Source: Patescibacteria group bacterium (GTDB taxonomy: Bacteria; Patescibacteriota; Microgenomatia; Woykebacterales; 2-01-FULL-43-14). From it: a stretch of DNA of 47,340 nt. The DNA is taken from the NCBI GenBank assembly GCA_023485445.1, contig JAMCZT010000032.1, forward strand, positions 1 through 47,340, written 5' to 3'. Below are positions 28,528-38,486 of the stretch, piece after piece. How positions within the stretch are numbered: the first letter of the stretch is position 1; each line of letters starts with the position of its first letter. The notes under the pieces are model-generated. The model saw nothing but the letters and a program-made list of their open reading frames with translations, was not told the DNA's origin and ran no database searches. Made by a program: the position numbers and the translations under genes.

Positions 28528-29103
28528 TTATTTTAGAAGATCTTCTTCATCCCCAAGCAGCATTACCCGGCTTTTACTCAAAATGCCTAAGACAAAGGGA
28601 TCGTTACGGCGCTTGCGAAAATTAAACTCCTCTTCCGTCATCACCGTGTAGTTAATTTCTCGCCCAACCTTGTTCTCGGCGCTTCGCACGATCGCCGAAA
28701 GCTGGGGAAGAACCACGTTTCCAACAACCAAAAGATCTACATCTTGACTGCTCAATGATTTTCCCTTTACGAAAGCCCCAGAAATCATCGCATACTTGAT
28801 TTTGCCGAGTTTCATCTTTTCTTTAATGATGCTGCCGCCCAATCCAGTACTCTTGCTCACCAACCTTACAAGGTCATCGTAGTAAAGATAATCTTTCCGA
28901 AAGCCATAATACTTTCGGTTGGCTCTCGTTTCTGACTCCACCATGCCTAACTTTTCCATCCTGGCAAGTTCGGCCCGGACGGCATTAATTTCCTCCCCCA
29001 CTAATCTAACCAATTCCCGGACATAATAAATTTTCCCCGCTGGGAAAAGAAAAGTTTGTAAAAGCTTCACCCTAGTTTTTGATAAAAACAAATCAGTCAA
29101 CAT
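28528..29103 (-). CDS. winged-HTH plus nucleotidyltransferase-like protein
   Basis: SKTRVKLL..YVRELVR..INAVRAEL (HTH) and SGAF..DVDLLVVG..GREINYTV (NTase-like). Confidence 0.75.
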   Translation of the reverse strand: MLTDLFLSKTRVKLLQTFLFPAGKIYYVRELVRLVGEEINAVRAELARMEKLGMVESETRANRKYYGFRKDYLYYDDLVRLVSKSTGLGGSIIKEKMKLGKIKYAMISGAFVKGKSLSSQDVDLLVVGNVVLPQLSAIVRSAENKVGREINYTVMTEEEFNFRKRRNDPFVLGILSKSRVMLLGDEEDLLK

Positions 29104-29154
29104 AAATGCCTCCGAATTTTAAGGCAGATAAAATTATTTAAAATTTAACTAGAC

Positions 29155-30312
29155 TTAACTACTGTATTCGATCTTCGCGCCTTTCAGCCCTCCCGCCGAA
29201 GACGGGATAACCTCGATCCAAATCTGGCCACGGTTAAGTTCTATCTCCTGGCCAGCTTGATCGTAAAACTTTGTTCTTTCTTCCCGGGAAGGCTTTTTCC
29301 AAGTTCCTTCCACGACCGTTCCGTCACGGAAGATCTTCGCGTCTCCAGAACCTACCGTTTCCATACTCAAACGACCGTAACTATCGTAAGAACTAGCCTT
29401 TACTGACTCGACCACGATATTTTTAGCGCTAAATTGCTCATCGTTTACCTTATCCTTGTAAGCAACTTTTCCGTTTTCACGGAGATAAATGTTCTTCTCT
29501 GGATCATATTTCCAGGTAACGTTGTAGGCATCGGCGCTGCCAAAATCAATGTTTATGGTTCCGGCAGTTTTTGCCGAATCAGTAGAGTCGTTCTTAAACT
29601 TCCAACTGTCAAAGCTAGGCAAAACGTTGTAGCCTCTCTTCTCGGCCGCTTCCCAAAGCTTGTCTGTGCTAGAGTAGCCGTTATGAGGAGCTGCCCGATC
29701 TGCAACCCGCCAATAGGTCGGCGCTCCAAGGAAAAATTGGTCTAAATCCTTCAAACTATACCTCTTGATCAAATCCATTGCCTCCGGACTGCCGCCCCAG
29801 TGGGCATAGCCAGCCCCGTATTCCGATAACCAGTCAAGGTAGTAAGCGCGAGCGCTTCTCACCGGCCCCACTTCTGTACTGCTGGCTAAGAAAATCGCCA
29901 TAAAACGGGTAATTCCACCCTCCGCCAAAGCCTCATAAACTACCTCCGCCTTTGACAAGCCTGATTGCGGCCTTGCGTCGACATGATTTTCAATCATTAT
30001 GGCTAAAGGAACCCTTGTTTTCCAGTTATTAACCTCACTTTTTGCGTAAAGGACTCCGTTGATCGGGTCAGGAGTATCCTTGGGTTCGTTTGGGGAAACA
30101 ACCATTGATTTTGAAGATTTAGTGGAAGAATTGCCCACCGGGGAAACGATCGTGTTTGATTGGTTAAAAGCATTCACCGCTAACGCCAAAACTCCCCCCG
30201 TTCCTAATAAAACGGCGACTAGAGTAAGTAAAGCCAAACCTCTTTTCCAGCCCGGCATCCCATCCATCTTTGCCTTCAAGGAGTTTAACTTTCCAATTAA
30301 TTTCTGGAACAT
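29155..30312 (-). CDS. DUF3048 / YerB-like exported protein
   Basis: PLAIMIENH..ARPQSGL..VYEALAEGGITRF, GPVRSAR, APHN. Confidence 0.9.
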   Translation of the reverse strand: MFQKLIGKLNSLKAKMDGMPGWKRGLALLTLVAVLLGTGGVLALAVNAFNQSNTIVSPVGNSSTKSSKSMVVSPNEPKDTPDPINGVLYAKSEVNNWKTRVPLAIMIENHVDARPQSGLSKAEVVYEALAEGGITRFMAIFLASSTEVGPVRSARAYYLDWLSEYGAGYAHWGGSPEAMDLIKRYSLKDLDQFFLGAPTYWRVADRAAPHNGYSSTDKLWEAAEKRGYNVLPSFDSWKFKNDSTDSAKTAGTINIDFGSADAYNVTWKYDPEKNIYLRENGKVAYKDKVNDEQFSAKNIVVESVKASSYDSYGRLSMETVGSGDAKIFRDGTVVEGTWKKPSREERTKFYDQAGQEIELNRGQIWIEVIPSSAGGLKGAKIEYSS

Positions 30313-30324
30313 AAATCCTCCTGT

Positions 30325-30792
30325 CTAACCCTTACTTTTAACGGCCACTTCGATCGCTTCTTTTTCTTCTTCCGAAAACTGGTATTTCGCTTCTTTTGCC
30401 CTTACCACTGGCTTAGCGTAAATCCGCGTGCTTTCCCGGCTATGTAAGGCGCTCACTACAATCCCGTTCCCGTCCTTATCCAAAAATGCTAAAGAAAAGC
30501 TTTGGTCCCCACCCACTTCTTTATAGGGGTTAAATCTAACCAAACCAAACTTCTGAATAAAAGCCGGCAATTGCAGGTCAAAGCTATCGCAACGTTTAAC
30601 CAATTCCTGGACCTTTTGGGAAACCAAGCCTAAATTCTCGAGATGCTGTTCGAGAACTTTTTTAAAATCCCCACTGCTAACCCCTTTAGTCAATTTTCGA
30701 TAATGGGAGTATTGCTTCCAGAAAAGGAAGGTTAAGATGAGCAGCCAGAAAAAAGCCAAGCTAGAGAAAATTAATTGCAGTTCTGCCCTCAT
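30325..30792 (-). CDS. DUF4446-family protein
   Basis: QKFGLVRFNPYKEVGGDQSFSLAFLD..NG..SRE..RIYAKP. Confidence 0.85.
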   Translation of the reverse strand: MRAELQLIFSSLAFFWLLILTFLFWKQYSHYRKLTKGVSSGDFKKVLEQHLENLGLVSQKVQELVKRCDSFDLQLPAFIQKFGLVRFNPYKEVGGDQSFSLAFLDKDGNGIVVSALHSRESTRIYAKPVVRAKEAKYQFSEEEKEAIEVAVKSKG

Positions 30793-30922
30793 TGAGTATA
30801 TCCTTTACTCGATATAATAGCACCTCCTGTCAAGAAACGCAAGTTACCATCCACCTCCCCAAGTCGCAAACATTTGACAAATCTGATCCGAACCTATTAG
30901 TATATATGTTGAGGTAGATCTT

Positions 30923-31273
30923 ATGGGTAAACATAAAACAAAACAGCAAAAAATTCTCACAGAACTCCGTCAACTTAAGAAGCAAGTCGGGCAGCAGATG
31001 TCGGTTGAGTCGGAAGAAACTATTCGAGCAACGGTGCTGCATCCGGCGGAAGAAAAGACAACGGAACGAAAAATCACAACCTTCAAGATCGCACCCAATC
31101 AAGCTAGCTCATCTTCAATCGAAACTATTGCTTACAATTATTCATATGTTTATTCTGATTTAAAAAAAATAACTCTCTTAGCCTCTCTTGCAATCGGTTT
31201 TGAAGTTGTGCTAAGCTTGATTATATCTCAAGGGTATGATAAGTTGATTTTAAAGTTTTTTAGATTAAGTTAA
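30923..31273 (+). CDS. hypothetical protein with C-terminal TM segment
   Basis: 116-aa ORF with SD GAGGT. YVYSDLKK precedes a hydrophobic helix. Confidence 0.7.
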   Translation: MGKHKTKQQKILTELRQLKKQVGQQMSVESEETIRATVLHPAEEKTTERKITTFKIAPNQASSSSIETIAYNYSYVYSDLKKITLLASLAIGFEVVLSLIISQGYDKLILKFFRLS

Positions 31274-31347
31274 CGAAAAATATGATCCAACCAAAGTAAG
31301 ATGTTTTTCAACGTCTTTCCGAGGGCATTGAAAGGGGGTGACAATAC

Positions 31348-31488
31348 ATGGCTTCTATGTATTGTGTGAAGTGCCGAGCTAAGCAAGAAGTCTCCAATCC
31401 TGAAAAAATCACCATGAAAAATGGTAAAGGAGCTTTGCGAGCCTCTTGTCCATCTTGCGGAACCAAGATGTTCCGAATTGGTGGTTAG
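31348..31488 (+). CDS. 46-aa zinc-ribbon protein (DUF5679-like)
   Basis: Not in the ORF track. MASMYCVKCRAKQEVSNPEKITMKNGKGALRASCPSCGTKMFRIGG has two CxxC motifs. Strong SD AAAGGGGGTGA. Confidence 0.88.
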   Translation: MASMYCVKCRAKQEVSNPEKITMKNGKGALRASCPSCGTKMFRIGG

Positions 31489-31559
31489 TTTTACTAATCT
31501 AGACTAGTCTAGATGTCGCTCCGGCGCAGCCGGAGGAAGACATATTAGCTAAAATCAAC

Positions 31560-31591
31560 AAGAAAAACCCCCGAGCGGGGGTTTTTCTTTT
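31560..31591. terminator. bidirectional intrinsic terminator
   Basis: AAGAAAAACCCCCG-AG-CGGGGGTTTTTCTTTT between convergent genes. Confidence 0.88.
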
Positions 31592-31604
31592 GGAATTCCT
31601 TATC

Positions 31605-32090
31605 CTATTTGAGCTCTTCTTTAGTTAAGAATTTAAAGACGAAGCCGATCAAAATCAACTCAATCAAGAACATGATAACGTTAACAGAAGAAGTTGAAGG
31701 GCTTGTCCAACCAGCAGCGAAATAGAAGTTTAAATTCATTAAAGCCCCTCCAACCAGAGCCGCTAGCAAGACCCAAAAATAAGCTCTCGCGTAACCACCT
31801 AAGCTGGTAAAGAGAAGCAAGAGACCTCCGCCAAGTAAGGCAATTCCGACCAAAAGCTCCCCATACATCGTGAGGTTTGCAAATAATTCTTTGTTGGGAA
31901 TAGCAGAAGACTTGAGAAAGTCAACATACCAGCCGTTCGGATTTTTAGCCGCCGTAAAAGCCGCCAGAGTTTTTCCGATAGTAGAGGCAAAAGTCCCGGA
32001 ATGGATTTTTTCCCAACCGCTTTGCAACCATTCATACCCGATCACCATCTGGATAAGCACTAACCAATCGAAATTTATTCGGCCTTTCAT
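31605..32090 (-). CDS. DoxX/DoxD-like membrane protein
   Basis: GYEWLQSGWEK, WYVDFL, GELLVGIAL, MNLNF. SD AAGGAGGTGA before ATG 32090. Confidence 0.8.
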   Translation of the reverse strand: MKGRINFDWLVLIQMVIGYEWLQSGWEKIHSGTFASTIGKTLAAFTAAKNPNGWYVDFLKSSAIPNKELFANLTMYGELLVGIALLGGGLLLLFTSLGGYARAYFWVLLAALVGGALMNLNFYFAAGWTSPSTSSVNVIMFLIELILIGFVFKFLTKEELK

Positions 32091-32153
32091 TTTTGTCACC
32101 TCCTTTTTGTAAAAATTAAAGTCCTAGTAACCGTTTACTTCTTATTGTTAATT

Positions 32154-33677
32154 TTAGGTTTCTTTTGCTCGATATTGGAGAGCTTCAGCCACATGAACGG
32201 AAGAAAGGTTTTCTTCCCCCGCCAAATCAGCAATCGTTCTGGCGATCTTTAAAACCCGATAATAACTGCGCGCTGATAAATGCATTTGGGTAATGGCCGC
32301 ACGCAAAATTTGAAGGGACTCTGGATCCAAAGAGCAGAATTCTTTCACTTCTTTCGAACCCATTTCCGCATTGCAAGTCAAGCCTACCTTTGCTAACCGC
32401 TTTGTTTGGATACTGCGAGCCTCTTGCACCCTCTTCCGGACGGTCCTTGAGTCCTCCACCCCTTGATTTGGTTGGTCAGTTAGCTTTTCAACCTTCACGG
32501 CCGGCACTTCCACGTGTAAATCTATTCTATCAAGAATCGGTCCAGAAATCCTCTTTTGGTAACGGATAATTTGGGACGGATTGCATAGGCATTCCTTATC
32601 ACGGTCACCTAAAAAACCGCAAGGACATGGGTTGGCGGCAGCCACTAACGTAAACATTGTCGGGAAGCTCACTGTCCCTTGAGCACGGCTAACGGTGACA
32701 AAACCATCTTCAAGAGGTTGCCGGAGCGCCTCTAAAATCGAACGGGGAAATTCGGGAAACTCGTCCAAGAAAAGTACCCCTCGATGAGCCAAAGAAATCT
32801 CTCCTGGTTTTGGATGGCTCCCGCCGCCAATTAATCCCACGCTACTAGTAGTGTGATGGGGAGAACGGAAAGGCCTTTTTTTGATAATCGGCTCTTCTGT
32901 AGGAAGCTGACCAACCACGGAGTATATCTTGCTCACCTCCAAGGCTTCTTCAAAAGTAAAATCTGGCAAAATCGAGGCGAGAGTCCTGGCCAACAAAGTT
33001 TTTCCCGCCCCCGGCGGTCCTTTCAAGAGAATATTGTGTCCCCCGGCCGCGCAAATTTCCAAAGCACGTTTCGCGTGTTCTTGTCCCTGAACGTCTTTCA
33101 TGTCAAATTCCGGTTCACTCGAATTCGAAAAATCAAAGCTAACTAGCGGCTGGGGAACGATCAAATTGCTTTGGTTTAAATGATAAAAAAGTTGGGATAA
33201 ATTTTCTACTGGGTAAATTTCCACGCCCTCGATGATTGCCGCTTCTTTGGCGTTTATGGCCGGAAGAAAAACACGGCGGTAGCCTTCTTCCTTGGCTAAA
33301 ATAATTAAAGGCAGGACTCCGTTCGTATGGCGGAGAGAACCATCCAGGGAAAGTTCTCCCAAGACTAAGGATTGCGAAAGATCCCCTTCTAGCTGTCCTG
33401 AGGCCATCATCAACCCTAATGCAATAGGTAAATCGTAAGCGGGACCTTCTTTAGGTAAATCAGCGGGAGCAAGGTTAACGGTAATTCTTTTGGGAGGAAA
33501 ATCAGCGCCTGAATTACGGAGGGCGGAACGAACTCTTTCTTTGGCTTCTTCAACCGCCTTATCGGGCAACCCAACAATCGTAAAAGAAGGCAGCCCTTGA
33601 GAGGCGATATCAACTTCCACTTCGATCGGAACAGAAGTCAAGCCAACCACTGCTCCAGAAATTACTTTTGCAAGCAT
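32154..33677 (-). CDS. comM: ComM/YifB Mg-chelatase-like AAA+ ATPase
   Basis: VGLPD, VNLAPADLPKEG, GPPGAGKT, RSPHHT, LFLDEFPEF, ANPCPCG. Confidence 0.95.
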   Translation of the reverse strand: MLAKVISGAVVGLTSVPIEVEVDIASQGLPSFTIVGLPDKAVEEAKERVRSALRNSGADFPPKRITVNLAPADLPKEGPAYDLPIALGLMMASGQLEGDLSQSLVLGELSLDGSLRHTNGVLPLIILAKEEGYRRVFLPAINAKEAAIIEGVEIYPVENLSQLFYHLNQSNLIVPQPLVSFDFSNSSEPEFDMKDVQGQEHAKRALEICAAGGHNILLKGPPGAGKTLLARTLASILPDFTFEEALEVSKIYSVVGQLPTEEPIIKKRPFRSPHHTTSSVGLIGGGSHPKPGEISLAHRGVLFLDEFPEFPRSILEALRQPLEDGFVTVSRAQGTVSFPTMFTLVAAANPCPCGFLGDRDKECLCNPSQIIRYQKRISGPILDRIDLHVEVPAVKVEKLTDQPNQGVEDSRTVRKRVQEARSIQTKRLAKVGLTCNAEMGSKEVKEFCSLDPESLQILRAAITQMHLSARSYYRVLKIARTIADLAGEENLSSVHVAEALQYRAKET

Positions 33678-33788
33678 AGACAGTCACTCATTGATTTTAA
33701 TTATCAACTAAACGAGTTATAACTGTCAATCTTCTCTTTGGTTTAAGATTTCTGTCTGAATAATTTTTCTTAGATACTACCGAAAGTT

Positions 33789-34817
33789 TTAATATTTATA
33801 TTCTTCTAAAACTTTAACCATGTCATGGTTGTAAAAAATACCAGGCCGGAGACGGTGAAGATAAAACAATTTTTCGTTGGAATGGTAAGTTCCTGGAATG
33901 GTTGAAACGGCCGCCGTGTAACCTGATTCTTTGACCAAGTTTAGCGTTTCACTATTGTAGGTCCCAAAAGGATAAGCAAAGGTTTTTACTTTTATCCCAA
34001 ATTTATTCTCCAGCCTTTGTTTACTTTCAAAAATTTCCCTCTTCGCCACGGAGTCTGGAGCGTTTCTCAAGTCAATATGATCTAAAGTGTGCGACCCAAT
34101 CTCAACTAAACCACTCGCGATTAGTTCCCTAATCTGGCTAGCGGATAAGTAACCAGGACGATCAATAAAATTATAGATCACGTATAAAGTAGCTTTCGTT
34201 TGATATCTCTTTAGTAAAGGAAAAACATCAGCGTAAAAGTCTTCATACCCGTCATCAAAAGACAAAATCACTCCTTTAGGCGAAAAGAGCATCCGATCAT
34301 TTATAATTTCCGGGACTTCCCGAACAAAATAAGTCTGGTATCCATTTTCCTTTAAATTCTTTAATTCATTCTCAAAAATAGCTGGCGGAATATTTAATTT
34401 TTGCCGCAGAGTATCTGAAGAGTTCAAAATATTTTCGACATAATGGTACATAATAATTGGCAATTTTCGTGAAATTTTCTGATTATTTTTTTCTGGGGCG
34501 GCAACCACAGCTTCCTTCGTGGCTTCTTTGACTAATCTTGAAGTTGACGCGCTAGGAGAAGAACTGGGAGCAAGATCCGAAGCGAGGGGAGTTCTTTTCT
34601 GGCCAACCTTTTGTTCTTGTTTCCTAAGCAAAAATAAACAGCTAAAAACGATAATGGAAAAAATCAGAAAAAAACCGATGAAAAAAAGAAATAATTTTTT
34701 GTTATTTTTAATGAATTTATCTACTGAAAACTTATCTTTTAGCGAACGGTTTAACTTTAAGGTGTTAATTTTCTTTGACTTCTTATTTACTTTGTTTTTA
34801 ACTAAATCTTTAATCAT
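33789..34817 (-). CDS. polysaccharide deacetylase (CE4), membrane-anchored
   Basis: PIIMYH, SFDDGY, GSHTLDH, FAYPFG. Confidence 0.92.
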   Translation of the reverse strand: MIKDLVKNKVNKKSKKINTLKLNRSLKDKFSVDKFIKNNKKLFLFFIGFFLIFSIIVFSCLFLLRKQEQKVGQKRTPLASDLAPSSSPSASTSRLVKEATKEAVVAAPEKNNQKISRKLPIIMYHYVENILNSSDTLRQKLNIPPAIFENELKNLKENGYQTYFVREVPEIINDRMLFSPKGVILSFDDGYEDFYADVFPLLKRYQTKATLYVIYNFIDRPGYLSASQIRELIASGLVEIGSHTLDHIDLRNAPDSVAKREIFESKQRLENKFGIKVKTFAYPFGTYNSETLNLVKESGYTAAVSTIPGTYHSNEKLFYLHRLRPGIFYNHDMVKVLEEYKY

Positions 34818-34962
34818 TACTTTTTATCTCTACTTAATTGTACCTTAGGTTGAACAAGATTTAAATGACAAGTTCGGAGAACGTAAAATACTTGACATTA
34901 TTATTGATATATAATATTATATTATTGTATAATATTTTAAACTTCTAAAGCAAGGTCTTTTT

Positions 34963-35997
34963 ATGAAAATCGCCCAGCTCTCCCCGATGATTGAGCGGGT
35001 TCCTCCAAAAAAATACGGCGGAACAGAAAGAGTCGTCAGCGTGCTGACGGAAGAACTCGTGAGAAGAGGGCATGAAGTTACTCTTTTTGCTTCCGGCGAC
35101 TCTGTTACCACGGCAAACCTGGAATCAGTTTACCCTAAACCTCTTCGCGAGGCCAAAATTAATGAATTCCAAATCTTTCAACTATTAAACGCCGGAGCGG
35201 GCTTTGAAAAAAGCAATGAATTTGACTTGGTTCATAGCCACCTAGATTACTACGGCCTCCCTTTTGGCCACATTTCGAAGGTTCCCGTCTTAACTACCCT
35301 GCACGGCTCCTTTAACCTCGAAAACCGTTACATTTATTCTGCCTATGCTGACCTAAATTATGTTTCGATCTCCAATGCCCAACGAAAACCTTTACCTATC
35401 CTTAATTATGTCGCTACCATTCACCACGGAATTGACGTGGGTAGCTTCCCTTTTTCTGAAGAAAAAGACGAATACCTCCTCTTTGTCGGCCGCATTTCAC
35501 CAGAAAAAGGAGTCCATTTTGCGATCGACGCGGCAAAATATTTACATAAAAATCTAATTATCGCCGCCAAACTCGATCCCCACCAAAAAAACGATGTCCG
35601 CTACTTTGAAGAGATGATCGAGCCTCAACTCGGTGGAGAGCAAGTCAAATGGGTCGGCGAGATCGATACAGAAGAAAGAAATCGCCTGATGAGCCGAGCC
35701 TGTTGTCTTCTTCACCCCATCGGATGGAGGGAACCCTTTGGTCTAGTTATGATCGAAGCGATGGCCTGCGGAACACCAGTTATCGCCTTTAACCGTGGGT
35801 CCGTCCCAGAGGTTCTTGAACATGGGAAAACGGGATATATCGTTGAGGACTTGGAAGAAATGGTTTCCGTTTATGAAAACATCAGCCAGATTCCTCCGAC
35901 TACCTGTCGTGATCACGTCGAAAAAAACTTTAGTGTCAGTAAAATGGTTGATCAGTACGAAAAAATTTATGAGGAATTGGTTAGTAAAAAGAAATAA
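34963..35997 (+). CDS. glycosyltransferase family 4
   Basis: VPPKKYGGTE, GRISPEKG, EPFGLVMIEAMACGTPV. Confidence 0.93.
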   Translation: MKIAQLSPMIERVPPKKYGGTERVVSVLTEELVRRGHEVTLFASGDSVTTANLESVYPKPLREAKINEFQIFQLLNAGAGFEKSNEFDLVHSHLDYYGLPFGHISKVPVLTTLHGSFNLENRYIYSAYADLNYVSISNAQRKPLPILNYVATIHHGIDVGSFPFSEEKDEYLLFVGRISPEKGVHFAIDAAKYLHKNLIIAAKLDPHQKNDVRYFEEMIEPQLGGEQVKWVGEIDTEERNRLMSRACCLLHPIGWREPFGLVMIEAMACGTPVIAFNRGSVPEVLEHGKTGYIVEDLEEMVSVYENISQIPPTTCRDHVEKNFSVSKMVDQYEKIYEELVSKKK

Positions 35998-36003
35998 ATT
36001 GTC

Positions 36004-36385
36004 CAAGGGTAGTTCGTAAGCCAGATTCTGTTTTTCCTTCCTTGCAATAAAGCTTAGAAGAATAGACGATCATCTATCTAGGTATGACAAGTAAATGAGC
36101 ACACCTTCCATCGATCCTTTAAGTCGACGAATGCCCTCGTCTTTGGTACTCGGCGAGCCGCCTGATAACGTACCATTCGGAGGTTGCAGCAGGGAGGATT
36201 GCCTCCCCCATAGCTTTACGCGACGGGGGACCCTTGCGGGCGTTTCACCCGAGCTTTACCTCGGTTCGTCACTGTTGCTCTTACTAGGCCTTTTCGGCTC
36301 CTCACCTTACGGTGGGCACCCTGCTCTGCGCTGTCTGGACTTTCCTCTCTACATTTTCTGAAGAGTGATCATCCGACTACCCTTG
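36004..36385 (-). ncRNA. rnpB: RNase P RNA
   Basis: Minus strand GAGGAAAGTCC near the 5' end and ACAGAATCTGGCTTA near the 3' end. P1 helix CAAGGGTAGT/ACTACCCTTG. Confidence 0.95.
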
Positions 36386-36394
36386 AACGGCCTA

Positions 36395-36423
36395 ATTATA
36401 CCACAAGTTAGCCTCAAATTCAA
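36395..36423 (-). promoter_or_regulatory. sigma70 promoter of rnpB
   Basis: TTGAAT-17-TATAAT with an extended TG. Confidence 0.8.
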
Positions 36424-36463
36424 CTGTTCGGATTCCAATGAGAACTCATGAAAAATCGAAGAA

Positions 36464-37504
36464 TTATTTTGTCTTTTCTAAAGCAAAAAGGATTGCTACC
36501 CTCGCTGTCGCCACTATAGGGACAGCTAAAACAAAACCAACTGGTCCCGCTAGGTGCCCGCCAGCTAAGGTAGAAAAAAGGACGACCAAGGGATGCAGCT
36601 CCGTGACTCGACTTAAAACTTGGGGGATAACAAAGTAATCCTCAAACTGCCTAAACAAGACATAACCAAGGATTACGAGGGAGGCAGACGTAACGGGATC
36701 AAAGCCAAAACGACTCGTCCCGGTCAAAAAGGCCGTGGCGGTTACCAAAGTTGTCGCGACGATCGGACCGAAGTAAGGAATAAGCTCTAAGAAACCAGTC
36801 ACGATCGCTAAAACTAAGGCAAATTTTATCCCTAAAAAGGTCAAGAAAATGAAAGAAATCGTGGTCATAATCAAAACCAAGAGGACTTGTCCACGCAGGT
36901 AACTCCCTAAGACTCGATTAATCCTCCTGAGCAGTTCTTCCCAAGATTCTTTTTGTTTCTCTGAAAGGTACTTTTCGATGAAAGTAAACAACTTCCTTCC
37001 ATCCTTGAGAAAATAGAAAGTCGCAATTAAAAAGATCAACACGGCAATTAACTTATTGGCCGCGCCACTGAAGAAGGGCCAAAGATTATTTTGTAAATTA
37101 TCAGCTTCCTTCCTTAGGGTATTCGTACTTTCCACAACAACCATTTTTAAACCGAACTTTTGTCCTCCAACCTCCCAATGGGGAAGCGAATCGAGTTGAC
37201 CGGCGTCGAAAATGTTTGTTTCTTTCGTCTCGGAAATTAATTGGTTCGTTTCCTTTAAAAGCACCCCACTAATATAGATAAAAGTCGTCAAAGTCACCCC
37301 AATCACCGCAAGGTAAATAAGCAAGACGGAAATGACCCTTGGCAGATGGGTTTTAGAAGATAAAAAATCAACCACGGGGTTGAAAATGTAAGCAAAAATA
37401 GCCGCTAAAATGAAGGGAACAACGATCGACCTTTCCAAGAAAAGGAAAAATAAAATAATTAGTGCGGTTCCTAAAAGAATAGTGTTTTTAGTAGAACTAA
37501 ACAT
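36464..37504 (-). CDS. AI-2E family transporter
   Basis: PFILAAIFAYIFNP, YLRGQ, IPYFGP, LHPLVVL, LAVP. Confidence 0.92.
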   Translation of the reverse strand: MFSSTKNTILLGTALIILFFLFLERSIVVPFILAAIFAYIFNPVVDFLSSKTHLPRVISVLLIYLAVIGVTLTTFIYISGVLLKETNQLISETKETNIFDAGQLDSLPHWEVGGQKFGLKMVVVESTNTLRKEADNLQNNLWPFFSGAANKLIAVLIFLIATFYFLKDGRKLFTFIEKYLSEKQKESWEELLRRINRVLGSYLRGQVLLVLIMTTISFIFLTFLGIKFALVLAIVTGFLELIPYFGPIVATTLVTATAFLTGTSRFGFDPVTSASLVILGYVLFRQFEDYFVIPQVLSRVTELHPLVVLFSTLAGGHLAGPVGFVLAVPIVATARVAILFALEKTK

Positions 37505-37519
37505 ATCCTCGATTGTAAG

Positions 37520-38482
37520 CTATCCTAAATTTTGCGCCTCACAACTCTCCACCGTATTGTACCATTCTTTCACCAAACTTTCCACTTCTTTCCTAAAGTC
37601 TGCTTCCGTAATGTCAAACCAAAAAATACGGCTGTCTTTTTTAAACCAGGTCAATTGCCGGCGAATGTAGCCGTGGGTGTCAAATTTCGTGCGCTGTATC
37701 GCGTCTTTCAAGCTTAACTTCTTCTGTAAATACATGGCTACTTGTCGGTAACCAATCCCACTCATCGCGGGTAGCCCAGGTTTGTATTTTTTCAAAAGAT
37801 CTTTAACCTCTTCGATAAACCCTTCTTTAAACCACTGCTCAATTCGTCTATCGGCTCTTTCATAAAGAATTTCTCGAGGGGCGACTAAGCCAATCACTAA
37901 AGAATCAAAGTCAGCTTTAAATTTTTCCTGCAAGGTAGAAATTGGTTGCCCGGTTAAGTAGTATACTTCCAAGGCACGGATAATCCGGCGAGGGTTCTTC
38001 TGATCTATACGAAAAGCAGTCTCAGGATCAACTCTTTCTAATTCCGCGACTAAATGAGCTAAAGGCTTACGCTCTAACTTTTCCCTAAGTTTCAAATCGG
38101 GAGGAACTTTAGGAATTTTTAATCCTTCGGTCACAGCTTGAACATAAAGCCCTGTACCACCCACTAGAATCGGTAGTTTTCCCCGAGATTGGATATCTTC
38201 AATAGCTTGATACGCTAATTGCTGATAATCGGCCACACTAAATGTCTCGTCAGGCTTAATTACGTTATAAAGATGTATCTGTACGCCTCGAACAATCCAC
38301 TTCCCCTTTTCTTTTATCACTTTTTTATCCGCGACTTCTTTTCCTGTTCCGATGTCCATGCCTTGATAAATCTGTCTACTATCGGCCGAAACTATTTCCC
38401 CGCTAAATTTTTTCGCTAATTTTATAGCGAGATCGGTCTTACCAGTCGCCGTTGGGCCGACAATAACGAGAAGTTTGATCAT
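37520..38482 (-). CDS. miaA: tRNA dimethylallyltransferase
   Basis: GPTATGKT, SADSRQIY, GGTGLY, RRQLTWF. Start reassigned to MIKLL. Confidence 0.96.
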   Translation of the reverse strand: MIKLLVIVGPTATGKTDLAIKLAKKFSGEIVSADSRQIYQGMDIGTGKEVADKKVIKEKGKWIVRGVQIHLYNVIKPDETFSVADYQQLAYQAIEDIQSRGKLPILVGGTGLYVQAVTEGLKIPKVPPDLKLREKLERKPLAHLVAELERVDPETAFRIDQKNPRRIIRALEVYYLTGQPISTLQEKFKADFDSLVIGLVAPREILYERADRRIEQWFKEGFIEEVKDLLKKYKPGLPAMSGIGYRQVAMYLQKKLSLKDAIQRTKFDTHGYIRRQLTWFKKDSRIFWFDITEADFRKEVESLVKEWYNTVESCEAQNLG

Positions 38483-38486
38483 ATAA

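Noticed and set aside
36095-36361. 88-aa ORF on the + strand
   Set aside because: It lies antisense within the RNase P RNA gene.
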